NCBI RefSeq assembly: GCF_009914755.1
Contig: NC_060929.1
Direction: 5' to 3' (one strand)
DNA: 64,000 bases
DNA from: the human T2T-CHM13v2.0 reference genome, Homo sapiens
The notes beneath the pieces are model-generated. The model was not told the origin of the DNA. It did no database searches and saw only the letters and a program-made list of their open reading frames with translations. Position numbers and translations under genes: made by a program. The first letter of the stretch is position 1, and the number at the start of each line of letters is the position of its first letter. Of the stretch, positions 15,261 through 35,322 are shown one piece after another.

Positions 15261-15533
15261 TTCAATGGTTCTGAGAGGTTTTAACACTTCTTGTCTAGTC
15301 TCTATTTGCTATATGAAACATGCTCTATTACTTAGCACCTAAAGGACAGAAATACCCCACTGACTGTTTTCTGAACTTCAATCTCTTTCTTTTTAATTCC
15401 ATTCTTCAAATCTCTTGCAGAATACTGTTTCCAAGTACTATATTTTATGAACATATTGTTTTCCAGGTCAAATAATATTTAAGATTCCCAGTGCCTACCA
15501 AACAAAATACAAATTCTTCATATGGACTTCAAA
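15261..15533 (+). repeat. Local direct duplication, copy B
   Basis: About 90% identical to 12890-13164. Confidence 0.95.
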
Positions 15534-16330
15534 GATAATTCTGATAAATGTTTTAAAGGTGTAGGGGAGAGCAGGTAAGCAGCATTGTCAGTTGGTGGGC
15601 AGTCTGAAATGGCTTCAACATTTTACAAAGTTGTACTTTGTAAAATCTCAGGATAACATTAACAGGCTTCTTATATCAGCAGTAAGTGAGATTTTTATTT
15701 CTTTGATAGATAGTCAGACATTTTATTTTTATCCCTTACTTCAGCTTTGTTTATTCATAAAGCAGGTCTAGTCAACAATTCCCCAATTACATTGCCACTA
15801 GATATATAGAAGTGGGTATTGTTTCTAACTCCATGAATTAATACTCCCAAAATTTTGATTTCTATTGAAATATTATAGATTTTCTCCTTTTTGATGGGTT
15901 TATTGCTCTCAGTAATGAATGTTCAAGTCTCTAGAGGAAGTGATTAAACTGTTGTCTTGGGAATTCTCCTGCACTTGGTGTATCTTACATTAGCATATAT
16001 GGCAGTGCAGCAAACATAAGTGATTATGTAACTATCCTATCCCACCCATCACAGCCAACGTCTGATTCATAATAACCTTTGAATTTTTTTTTGTTAAGTG
16101 AATTGGTTAAATGACTAGGTGAATGAATGTAAGAACAATCTTCACACTTTACTGAAATTAGTAGGTGGAATTTATTCTGCACATCATTTAGGTGACGGCA
16201 TTAATGTAATATTCTAAATAGCTGGTATAGGAAGTATGGCTTTGAGATGAGTTTAGCACTAATGATGTTGGGCAATCTTTCCACCACCTTTAGGTCACTT
16301 GAAAATTATTTTGTATACAAAGCATCCAAG

Positions 16331-16331
<1 letters not shown>

Positions 16332-16370
<39 letters not shown>
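16332..16370. repeat. (TG)n microsatellite
   Basis: Directly visible. Confidence 0.97.
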
Positions 16371-16373
<3 letters not shown>

Positions 16374-16469
16374 TGAGTAAAGTTCTTGCTTTTCTTGATG
16401 ATTGGAGGCCAATTATAAATTCCTTATAGGTTAAATGTATCAAACATTCTCCCCTAACTATATGAGTAT

Positions 16470-16495
<26 letters not shown>
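16470..16495. repeat. (CA)n microsatellite
   Basis: Directly visible. Confidence 0.95.
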
Positions 16496-16500
<5 letters not shown>

Positions 16501-18094
16501 TGTATGTATGCATGTGTGTTATGTGAGTGTGTATATATTCATACACAAACACACACATATACATAGGCTGGACTAATGGAAAATTATTGCCTATTTTATT
16601 CCTATGTTAAATGCAGAATCCCAACTGATACAAAGAATTCTGTTGCTATAAATATGATTTAGAAATACACAGAAGTATTCCCTTAAAAGCTGTACTTATA
16701 CAGAATATTTAAGAATGTAGTTTAATATGTCACCACCTACTGAAATAGAGACAACCTCCATCACTCTTTTTCCTCTTACAAACCTATTTTTCTCACTTTC
16801 CACTGCCTTGCACTGAAGAATATATATGTATTTAGAAGCAGCAGCGTTAGGAGGCTCCCCATCGAAAAAAAACCATAATAAGCATGTCAAGCTTTCAGCA
16901 GCAACCAAGGTATCGAGGTTCTCTCATCAAAATTGACTAGAAGGCTGGCATGACCCATGGAGAGAAGGAAGAACAGTGTGGTGCAGAGGGCCCAACTGAG
17001 AGCCACACAGGAAAGGGAACACCCTCCTCCAGCCAAGGGAGGCAGTGAGTGAGCGTGCCACCCAGCAGGAGAAACTGCGCTTTTGCTGTGGAACTGTGTG
17101 ACCCACAGATTGGAAGATCCCGCTCGCGAACCCACACCACCGGCGCCTAGTGTCCCAACCCCAGAACGTGCAGATTCTTATAGCCTCTCAGCTGGAATCT
17201 GCTTAAGCCTACCAAACTCCTAGGGGGAGGGGAGATCAGCAGGCCCTGTGGCTGCCTGCTGTCTAAGCCATGGGACTCACAACTGCCTAACATGCTAAGC
17301 TCCCTGGGTGGGGGAAGGGTGGCACGCATTTCTATAGCTCCATGCTGTGCTTTTTCTCTGCTGGAGCCAAGGAGGCTGTAAGTCTTGGTCCCAAGACTTG
17401 TCTCCATAGCCCAACACACCCGCTGTGGTAATCTGTGGCCAAAGTGCCTCTTCAGGCCTAACTCTGACCCATCCTTCCTCAGTGGGCGGGGCTTCCTGGC
17501 AGGATCTCCAGTAACTCCAGCTAGAGGTTCAGGGACAGAATTAGGATTTTCCTGGGCCTGAGCCCCTAGTGGGAGGGGTGGCTGCACTCTTTGGGGACCA
17601 GCAGACTTAACCTCTCCTCCTGGTAGTTCTGAGCAATCCAGGCAGCCCACATGAGTGAGTTTCTCCCCAGCAAAATACACCCTCTCCACCAAGGGACAAA
17701 GTGCTTCATAAAATGGGTTCTGCTCCCTGTTCAACCCAACTGGGTGAGACCCTCCAACAGGGATTGTCAGACACCCTATACAGGAGCAATCCTACTAGCA
17801 TCAGGTTGGTGCCCCTCGAGGTCAGGGGTCCCGGAAGAAGAAGCAGGCACCCGCCTTTGTTGCTCTCCAGCCTCCTTGAGTGACATCTCCAGGCACAGAA
17901 GCAAATCAAATGAACAGGCCTGAAGTGAACCCCCAGCAAACTGCAGCAGCCCTGTAGAAGAGAGACCAGACTATTGAAAGAAACAAGCAGAAAGTGACAA
18001 CAACAACAACAACAACAACAACAAAAAGGCCCTCACAAAAACCCCATCCAAGGGTCAGCAGCCTCAAAGACCAAAACTAGAAAAACTCATGAAG

Positions 18095-19270
18095 GTGAGA
18101 AAGAATCAATGAAAAAATGTGGAAAACCCAAAAGGTCAGAGTGCCTCTTGTCCTCCAAATGATAGCAAGGTCTCTCCATCAAGTTCACAGAACTAGATGG
18201 AGGATCAGATGACGAATTCACAGAAGTAGGCTTCAGAAGATGGATAATAACCAACTACGATGAGCTAAAGGAGTGTGTTCTAACCCAATGCAAAGAAGCT
18301 AAGAACCATGAAAAAAGGTTATAGGGGCTGCTAACTAGAATCACCAGTCTACAGAGGAACATAAACTACCTGATGGAGCTGAAAAACCCAGCACGAGAAC
18401 TTCATGAAGCATACACAAGTATCAATGGCTGAATAGACCAAGTGGAAGAAACGATATCAGAGTTTGAAGACCATCTTACCGAAATAAGACATGCAAACAA
18501 GAATAGAGAAGAAAGAATGAAAAGGAATGAACAAAGTCTGCAAGGAATATGGGACTTCATAAAAAGACCAAACCTAACGATCGATTGGAGTACAATCCTC
18601 AATAAAATACTGGCAAATTGAATCCAGCAGCACATCAAAAAACTTAACCACCATGATCAAGTTGGCTTCATCCCTTGGATGCAAGGCTAGTTCAACATAT
18701 GCAAATCAATAAATGTAATCCATCACATAAACAGAACCAAAGACAAAAAAAACACATGATTATCTCAATAGATGCAGAAAAGGCCTTCGATAAAATTCAT
18801 ATCCCTTCATGTTAAAAGAGAACTTCCCTAACCTAGCAGAGGCCAGCATGCAAATTCAGAGAAAACCAGTAAGATACTGCACAAGAAGGTCAACCCCAAG
18901 GCACAAAATCATCAGATTCTCCTAGGTTGAAATGAAGAAAAAACTGTTAAGGGCAGCCAGAAAGAAAGGCCAGGTCACCTACAAAGGAAAGCCATCAGAC
19001 TTACAGTGGACCTCTCAGCAGAAACTCTATAAGCTGGAGGAGATTGGGGGCCAATATTCAACATTCTTAAAGAAAAGAATTTTCAACCCGGAATTTCGTA
19101 TCCTGCCAAACTAAGCTTCATAAGCAAAGAGAAATAAAACCTTTTCAGATGAGCAAATGCTGAGGGATTTCATTACCACCAAGCTTGCCCTGCAAGAGAT
19201 CCTGAAAGAAGCACTGAATATGGAAAGGAAAAACTGGTACCAGCCACTGCAAAAACACACCAAAATATAA
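18095..19270 (+). pseudogene. L1 ORF1p remnant (disrupted, carries an ORF2-derived insertion)
   Basis: Fragment MKKKLLRAARKKGQVTYKGKP matches ORF1p; stops and frameshifts elsewhere. Confidence 0.9.
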
Positions 19271-19329
19271 AGACCAATGACATTACGAAGAAACTGCATT
19301 AAAATCCAATGATAATAAATAGCATCATG

Positions 19330-23133
<3,804 letters not shown>

Positions 23134-24882
23134 ACATTGAGAACACATGGTCACAGAGAGGGGAACAACACATACCAGGGCCTGTTGCAGGATGGGGAGT
23201 GAGAGGAGGGAAATTAGAGCAGTAGAGCAGGGGTCAATAGGTGCAGCAAACCACCATGGCACACATGTACCTATGTAACAAACCTGCATGTTCTGCACAT
23301 GTATCCGGTTTTCTGTTTTTTTTTTTTAGAAGAAATAAAAAGTACATATTTTTAAATAGCTTTATTGAGTTATAATTGAAATAAAATAATAAGCACATAC
23401 ATAAAATAGAATACATACTGCCTAATTCAATTCATATGAATAGAATATAAATTCTAATTCGCAGAGTGGACTATTTCAGGATATTATGTTTTCACTGTGG
23501 GTATAAAAAGAAGTTGTTATTTTGCTCTCCTAAAATATATTTTAAATAATGTCTTTTTACATTTGAGCCATCTGAAAAAATTGATTAATAAGAAATACAT
23601 AACATTTCTTTAAAGAAAGTTTCAACCCTAAGCCAATAAAGAAGAGATAATATGAAATGTTTGTGCCTTTTTAAATGTATGCGTGTATATATTTAATTAT
23701 TCTCACATTCCAAATGTATTTCTTTGTTAGGTAGCACTACTGTGCCTATTTGTGGCTTAGGAAAGAAAAAATATATAGAAGGCATTATTACTTGTGATTA
23801 GATTAAAGGTGAGAGAAATGTTTTTGTCAAAGGTCTATAAATTAGCTAAGAAATACCACTTCAACCCAGTGTTAAACAAGGGCAGTGCCTGAAGTCTAGA
23901 CTTTTAACAAATGCATGCTGATTCTTTCTTTCATCCATTTGTGAGGCTTCTCATGCACCCTGAAGTCCTAGGACAGCAAGTCAAACAGACGAAGTAACAA
24001 AAGCTTGGGCTATTGGAATCCCAGCTTTTTTCTGTTATCAAAGTCTGCTTTTTCCTACATCACACCATTGCCCAAATCTGAAATTTTAGGAGTAAGGTAA
24101 ATGCCAGAAAGTACAAAGAGTTTCAAAGTACTTTGGGTTCCAAAGAGGGAGAATATTAATTTGGAAGGGAGGCTTACAAAATGCTTCAAAATTGTAGAGA
24201 CATAGGACTTTATAGCTAAAAGAAAACATAAAGATAATTTTCAATTTGTGCTTCAGTGGAGAATCACAGCTAATTCTAAAACGAGAACTTGCCCCAAACT
24301 AAGGAGACTCTCCTAGCCCAGCCTCAGACTGAGATGGGCTGTCCATCCTTTTAGATGTATGTGGGTGGGACATATGATTTTCAGGAAGGAACCTTAACCC
24401 TCCAACCAATAAATGATGAAAACATTTCGTTTTTTTTAACTCAACAATGAAGTGTTCTAGATTTATGCCATATGTTTACACCTTGGAATTACTGAAATCC
24501 AAAACTTATCAATAGGTCATTAAAATAAATTATTGTGAGAGAGCCAAATGCGAGTTTAGAGTGAAAGGGGAAATGGATAAACAATCAAATATTTCTACAG
24601 ATTATTTGTCTTTAGTATTCTAAATCTACATAGATAAAAACTAGTGCTCAGAAAGGTAAATAGCAAGCTTGAGGACATATATCAAATCGTTTATTTAATT
24701 AGAGATGGAGACAATTAAATAAAAAATATTAAGCAGGCAGTGTTTGAATTGATACTTGATACCAGGTTATGATTTAAACAGATGGACATCAGAGACAAGG
24801 ATAGGAAAGTCTCAAGATAATAGAAAATAACTCTCCATCTCCTTATACTGGGAGAGAGGATGGTAAAATGACCATTAGGGCC

Positions 24883-24932
24883 ATATATATATGATATATG
24901 ATATATATATCATATATCTATAATATATATCA
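24883..24932. repeat. (TA)-rich simple repeat
   Basis: Directly visible. Confidence 0.85.
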
Positions 24933-25030
24933 TCTAAACAGAAATAAATTTCTTGGTTAACATAGTAAAAATAAAGGCACAGGAATTTATCATACATTAA
25001 GATAACATATGTGCACATAAGTTTAATATA

Positions 25031-27274
<2,244 letters not shown>

Positions 27275-27382
27275 GTTTATTGAAGTATCGGAAATAATTT
27301 TTCACCTTTGGTCAGCTAAGGTGGCTTCGAACAAACAAATTTCAGGGCAATGAGAAAAAATTACAACCTGTTTGACTTAGAC

Positions 27383-27794
27383 TGTTAGCGTCCACTGCTA
27401 GATACCAGGTAGCCCTTCTTCCTCCCTCACCACTAAACTCAGGAAATGATGGATGTGAGAATGAACGACACATAAGGGCCAATAGATATGAGATTAATAT
27501 TGTATTTATTCACGTAGTAAATGACAAGAAGATTCCTCAAGGACAGGGGATCGTGTTCTGTCTAGAAGAATCAAGGGCAGTGGTTGTGTGGATTCAGGTG
27601 TTTATTGTGATTCTGGGTTGGGGCAGGGATGGATCTGGGGCTTTGGCAGGGGATTGTGTTGTTTGAAATTTCTGCCGGCACCAAAAAATGGAGGGTGTTC
27701 ATGGGCTTTCTTATTAAGTTGCCTTGACATGGGGAGAAGAGGAAATAGGCTGTGAGACTGCACACATCGAAAATGGAGTCTTTCTCCTATTACA
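27383..27794 (-). mobile_element. LTR47-like solo LTR
   Basis: Reverse complement starts TGTAATAGGAGAAAGACTCCATTTTCGATG...AATAAGAAAGCCC...GGTGCCGGCAGAAATTTCAAAC. Confidence 0.6.
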
Positions 27795-28269
27795 CAAACC
27801 CAAGAAAAAAAGGTTAAAAGATATGGTTGCTACTTGCTAAGAAAATAAATAAGAAAGAAAGACATGCTTTATTTTCTCCCTAATTAAAAAAACAAATACA
27901 CAAAAATAATGTTGAAATGTAGCCTTAAATATACATTGATCAGTTGACAGAAAACACCAATGTTCAGAAAAAAACAGAATGGAATTTAAAATCTATCATT
28001 GGAAGCCATGATTAATACTTTTCAGGAGCATGAAGGACTTCTTGATTTGACTGATTCACAACAGCCTCATGCTCAGATACCAACTGCACCATAACTGTGA
28101 TGCTATAATGGGAAAATGGGATATACTAATCTATCTGGATTCAGAATTTATTGAAAAATGTTGCTATTCTCTTTATTTCCTTGTTCATGATTTTGACTCT
28201 CCTTTAGTTATACTTGGATTTTTTGCTCTCACTTTAACCATATCAGACTTTTTTTTTTTTCCAAGTCTT

Positions 28270-28935
28270 GGCTCTTAAGTTCCCTCAGACTGAAACATTC
28301 TTTCTCCCAGTATCTACATGACCTCTCAATTCCTCACTATTTTTCAGGTCTCTGCTATCTAAAATAAACAGTCTAAGCAAATGCCGTGGCTCACGCCTGT
28401 AACCCCAACACTTTGGGAGACCTAGGGAGGAGAATCACTCGAGCCCAGGAGTTCGAAATCAGCCTCACCCACATGGTGAAACCCCTTCTCTACAAAAAAA
28501 TTTAAAAAATTATGCAGTTGTAGTGGCACTGCTTGTAGCCCCAGCTACTTGGGAGGCTGAAGTGGGAGGTCCCATTGAGCCTGGGTGGTCGAGGCTGCAG
28601 TGAGCCATAATCGTATCACTGCAGTCCAGCCTGGGCGACAGAACAAGACCCTGTTTCATAAATAAATAAATAAATAAATAAGACAATCTAAATAGTTGGT
28701 CTAAAATAGTCACCACTCTGCAATATACTCTCTTCTTTTTGCCCAGTCTACTGACTTACATTTCTATGCATCACTTACTACAACTTGTTGTTATATACTA
28801 TTTGCTTTTGTTTTCTTTTCTGATCCCCTCACTAACCTGCTGGAATGTGTGTTTCATAGGACAGATACTTTGTTTGCTGCATGCACACAGTAGATGCACA
28901 ATAAATGTTTATGACCACCTGACTGACTGAATAAA
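28270..28935 (+). mobile_element. L2 3' relic interrupted by AluJ
   Basis: ccctcagactgaaacattctttctcccagtatctacatg...; ends gcacacagtagatgcacaataaatgttt...gactgactgaataaatg. Confidence 0.65.
28376..28675 (+). mobile_element. AluJ with (TAAA)n tail
   Basis: gagcccaggagttcga, gtcgaggctgcagtgagccata, agaccctgt; TSD-like aaataaacagtcta / aaataagacaatcta. Confidence 0.92.
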
Positions 28936-29239
28936 TGGTTAGTTAATACTTAAGTCTACATTCCCTACTCTTCACGCCTGCATCCAAGACTGCATGTTTC
29001 CCCAGGCAGAGACAGATTCTCTGTATATAATATTCTGCTTTGTGACCCACACAGGCCTCTAAGCATGAAAGAGTTGGATTTTGTGCTTCGGAGAATGCAA
29101 TGGTAAATGCAGTGTCACATGCTTACCATAAGACTTCATCTATTTTCTGACACACTTGTTACAAAACATTTTCCAAGTATTATTGGTTTTTAAGTGAAAA
29201 TTGCTGATGTTTTAAACTGGGATATATAATGACTGAAAA

Positions 29240-29460
29240 CAAAGACTAAAGTTTGAATAGCCTGGTTCAAACTTGGGATCCATTAGTTATTGGCTGTGGG
29301 GACTTGAGCATATGCTTTAGCCTTTCTAATCTTCATTTGAAAATAGGCATGAAAATGCATATAATACACAGGGCTATTTGGAGTTAGAATGCATGTAAAA
29401 CTCTTAGCACAAAGTCTGGAACATAGTAAGTGTTCCGTAAATGTCCATCACTGTATTTTA
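29240..29460 (+). mobile_element. MIR
   Basis: gcctggttcaaacttggg...ggctgtggggacttgagca...cttagcacaaagtctggaacatagtaagtg. Confidence 0.7.
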
Positions 29461-29479
29461 ATGAAGTTATTTTATTTAT

Positions 29480-30590
<1,111 letters not shown>

Positions 30591-32119
30591 CATGGGAAAA
30601 GAAACAAGACAAGGGCAACACATTAACTAATAATGTGCAGGAAAGATCAACCTGCCTTAGAAAAGTTTTGGGAAATTATTTATATCCAAAACAAACTTTC
30701 AGTCAGTGATTGATTTTAGTGGTGAAGTGAAAATGCAGTACTTATTAAGTAGATGATCAGATGAGTAGCTGAATCTATTTAAACTTTCAGGATGAATTGT
30801 GAACACAAGGTCAAAGTATTATATTTAAATTATTCTAAATAATAACTGTAAAAAATAAACTAATCAAACTAAATCTAGAAAGTTATTTAACTTTTAAGCA
30901 GTTCACTTTAAAACACAAGACCATTTGATTAAATCATTCACCATTAAAAATTTTAGATATGGACTAATGCTAAATTTTTTTTAATTCAAATGTGATATAC
31001 TATTAATATACGTTAGTTTTAGATGCTGTTCTTTTCAAATAACTTACAACATTTCAGTTAACGACCTCTTCAAAATATGCCATATTCAACCTCAATCATG
31101 GTCGATATCTGTTCCCTTTTACTGACAGTTTTCCAGAGTTCAAAATAATTCTTTTCTTTTCCTATATATTTTCCAGTGTTATGAGGTACACCTAATTTCC
31201 TGCTTACCAGCTCTTGCTCACCATTTTCCAAAACCACTTCCCGAACTTGACTGTTCCTGCTGAAGACCCTTTCATGATACACAGTGTCAATCACTAGTGC
31301 TTTCAGATGAAAACATTACAAATAGTCGTAAGCATTAGTGACATTTAGTTATCTTACTTAAGACAAGTCTTGGTGGTATTTTCAGCTTAATTCCTGGTGT
31401 TCCTCAGCAGTGCCACCAGGATCTAATTTTTTTCCATTCTTATGCTATATTATCTCCTGCTTGTGCTTCGGGATATCAAGACGACTTTTGTCACTCTGGG
31501 TGTCTCAAGAGCATCCCTAGAAGACGTATTCGGAAGGGGTAGAACCAGCAAGCTTTTGTCACCCATTGTATTTTGGGTTTGTTTATAATCAGAAAACAAA
31601 AGACTTAACAGAATTCTTAAACTAAGAGCAGACCTTTGTCACATATCCAGTGCCCACGATAGAAGTCAGATTTATAGAATCCTGATTGCTGCCTAATTCA
31701 TAGACAAATTCAAAGTTCAGTTATCAGAGAAGTGAGAAATGCTTATTGAGGAAGCAGTCATAGTGTCTCTCAACTCTTGTCTCTTTGTCTTGTATTTCTG
31801 GGCAGAAATTGTGCAATTCATGAGAAACAGAGCCCTCAAATGTTTACAAGTTCTAATTAAATTTGACAAAGTTGGTTTGCTTTTCTTTTAATTAGCATGA
31901 GTTCTGTAAAATGGAGCAAAATACAAAATAAATTCTAGGAAAAACAAACACACATATTTGTTTACAAAAAGTGAAACTATCCATACAAAGAAGCGGTGTG
32001 GAAAGGCTGCCAGTTTAAACAATGTAGCTAATATAATCTAATCTTGCCCCACGAGATATTCAGAAATTCTACTTTTGGTAGACTTATAGAGGAGGTTGTG
32101 TAATATCCTCTAAGACAAC

Positions 32120-32600
32120 TGTCATAGATTGGCTTCTTCATAAGCAGGCATTAGATAAGATTTCATGTGAAAGTATTTATTAAGAAACATTTTCAGGAAA
32201 ACCAGTGGGAGAGTAGGAGAGTAAAACCCGAAATGGAAGGAAGTCAAGGGAGTGATTTCAAGATGAGCCCCACAGAGGGAAGTTTTAGCACAACATCACT
32301 GGAGAACTTTGGATGAAAGTCACATATAGAGTTGTCAGAGTCACATATGTGACTTTGGATGAAAGTCACATATCAGAGGAAAACTAGCATTCTTAGCTCA
32401 CCACACTTCCAGGTTTTGATTAAGAAATGAGCTTGTGGGGAAGGGGCACACATTCCAGTCTGGCTGGCTCTGCTCACCCAGGAAAAATGTGATTTAAGTA
32501 CAAGCTTCCAGTAAGAAGATGAAGGTGCCAGCTGTTGAAAGTGAAAACACCAAACAGAAAATGTTAAAGGGATCAAAGCAGATATGTGAATGGTACTAAT
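32120..32600 (-). mobile_element. ERVL LTR (LTR16-family-like) relic
   Basis: tgtcatagattggcttc...aagcaggcattagataagatttcatgtgaaagtatttatt...aggaaaaccagtgggagagtaggagag. Confidence 0.5.
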
Positions 32601-32641
32601 CGATTTGGAGGCCACAGTTGGAGGTCATGGGGTTAGAATTA

Positions 32642-33222
32642 CAGTTGACTCTTGTTTCAACTGCACAGGTCCACTTAGACACAGATGTTTTTCAATAACA
32701 ATTTCAAAAGTGTGCCTGCACCTCCTGCCTCCCCATCTACCTCCTCCACCTCTTCCAACTCTGCTACCCTTGAGACAGCAAGACCAACCCCTCTTCTTCC
32801 TTTTCCTCCTTAGCCCACTCAGTATGAAGGCAATGAGGATGAAGACCTTTATGATGATTGATTTCCACTTACAGAATAGTAAATATAATTTTTCTTCCGC
32901 ACGATTTTGTTAATGACATTTTATTTTCTCTAGCTTATTTTAAGGTAAGAATACAATATATAATACATATACAAAATATGTGTTAATTGAGTGTTATATT
33001 ACTGTTATATAGTTAAATAACAATATGTTATATATACTACATAAGTTATGTAACTTTTATAACTGTATATAACTTATATAACTGTTATCAGTTGTATAAG
33101 TTATGCTTCCAGTCAACAGTAGATTATTCATTGTTAAGTTTTTGGAGAGTCAGAGTTATACATAGATTTTCAACTGTGCAGAGGTCAGCACCCCTAACAT
33201 CCACATGGTTTAAAGTCACTTG
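32642..33222 (+). mobile_element. Tigger2a/MER28-like MITE with internal AT-rich expansion
   Basis: TA+cagttgactcttg...ggtccactta; gagacagcaagaccaacccctc; gaggatgaagacctttatgatgat; ends cacccctaac...aagtcacttg. Confidence 0.85.
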
Positions 33223-33309
33223 CACTTGATTACATAATCATTCCATACTATACATTCATTTTACCGTGTATACATGTCTAATATCATTAATTTGCTTAAT
33301 ATATCATAT

Positions 33310-33480
33310 ACCACCCTTTAGAGTGTTTATTTATATTTATGTCTGATTCTGCTGCCAGCCTGTAAGATGTCTTTGATTTCAAGGAACATGTCTTAATTAT
33401 TTGGAATCTCAGTTCTAGGACAATGTACAATCCATAATAAATCTCAGAAAATACTTGTTGAAAGAAGCCATGATTATGAA
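33310..33480 (+). mobile_element. L2 3' tail
   Basis: ctgtaagatg...caaggaacatgtctt...aaatacttgttgaaag. Confidence 0.55.
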
Positions 33481-34429
33481 TAAATAAATTAATAAGCCAA
33501 TGACTGGAAACATAATTGTAGAACATTTATCTGAGATAAGATATACCTTTACACCAATGTTGCCACAACTAGTCTCAAATATGATGATTTTATGACTTAT
33601 TCAAATAACATTAGTGTCTACTCCATCTAAAAATACTCTTTTGGGTGCAACTATTTTAAATCTATTGGCACAAAAAAATTAACATATTGACATAAAATTT
33701 ATTTTTTGCTTATAGTGCTTCATAGTAAATTTTCCCATTTTATTTGTATACCATATTAAGTCACCTCCTCACCTTATGGAGTTTTCTTGTGTCTGCACGG
33801 TTTTTTACACATTTTTAGATAGCTTAATATTAATTATGATACATATAGCACAAGCTAAAACCATTTCTTCAAATTATTAATCGAGGTTGCAATAAAAAGT
33901 TTAATCAGAAGATTTCAGGTGAGACATAAAGGCAGAAATGTAAGAATACAATTCTTCTTTCTTCTCTATTCAATTATCTCCCTTGGATTAAGTAAAAGGA
34001 ATGAATAACTTTGGCTTCTCTCAGACAGAGGTAGTGAATAAAATCATTAGGCAGTAGTTTAAAAGAACTGTTATTTTAAAAACATTAGATATTCAGAAAG
34101 TCTTCCAATTTAGTTTGGTTTTTCTTTTTGTAACAAAAAATTGTTAGTAATTAAGAAGAGTGCTTTAGTTGAACTCAAGCTCTATAGATCTTACAGAAAG
34201 AGAACATAGTCACAATTATTTTATACAGCTATTATACCTCAGAGACCAAAAGCTGACAAATACGGCCTTCATTAGTCATCACTTGTGAGCAATTCTGCCT
34301 AATACAAGTTCAAAAACTTTGCATAAAGTTTTGCAAGTAAGCTTCATAATTACCAAGAAAACTTATTTTTTGTGTGGTGCAAATTATTTAATATTAAGGA
34401 AACTGCTAATGAAATTTATTATAAATATT

Positions 34430-35310
34430 ATAAAATAAAATAATGAAATCATTTTAATAGAAGATTAAAATATATTTTATAAAATTCAATAACAATTTTT
34501 AAGTAAAATAAAACATTTCTGACATAAATTTTCAAAATATTGTCATCAGTAAGATAAAATTGATGAAAGAATTTATTAAAGAAATAGGATAATTCCTATT
34601 AAAGTAAAACAATCCCAGGGGTCCTAGTGTCACTACTGTTAATTAACTGTGTTCAGACAGTGCTAGCCAATAAATTCACAAACACAACAATCTAACAGGC
34701 AGTAGCAAGAATATCATCAATCCTAAAATACATAATTTTCTATCTACAGAACACAGGAAAATGAATTCAAGAATTGTTTTAATGATTATAGATTACAATG
34801 AAGTAGTGAGTAAAAATCAAAGATTCCAATCAAAAATCTTCTTTTTAGATTAAGAGCCACATAGATAATAGATTGGAAAAAAACTTATTCACCATATGAA
34901 TAAAAACGTAACATTGAATAAACTTACGGAGTATGTGAAAAAATATACATACACACAATTTTCTATGCACACACACACACACATTCCCATAATTATTTGG
35001 AAACTTTAAAAAAGGATTTGAATACATGGTAAATGGTGACACGTCAGTTCATGTATTGGAAGACTTAATGTTGTAAAGATGTAAATTATAATCAAATTTC
35101 TACATGTTTAACACTAGTCTAAGAAACATTTAGTTACAGGCTTTCATGAAAAAAAGATCATATACATGTCATCCTAAAATTAATCTGCCAGCCTGAATGT
35201 GTGAGATGAGCCATTAAGTAGTTTGAAAATGAAAGGGAAAAAATAAGGGTAAAGTCACCTAATCTACTTAAAAGTCATGTTTTAAATAATTAATTAAAAA
35301 CTATTGTGGT
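34430..35310 (+). mobile_element. Old L1M ORF2 relic
   Basis: gttcatgtattggaagacttaatgttgtaaagatg; cagtgctagccaat. Confidence 0.6.
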
Positions 35311-35322
35311 GATATGAAAATT

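Noticed and set aside
17147-17734. 195-aa antisense ORF in the L1 5'UTR (ORF0-like?)
   Set aside because: It lies in a GC-rich L1PA8-type UTR, has a non-ATG start and shows no similarity I can recognise to ORF0; most likely chance.
31070-31294. 74-aa ORF with protein-like composition
   Set aside because: No recognisable homology, GTG start, and no convincing splice signals.
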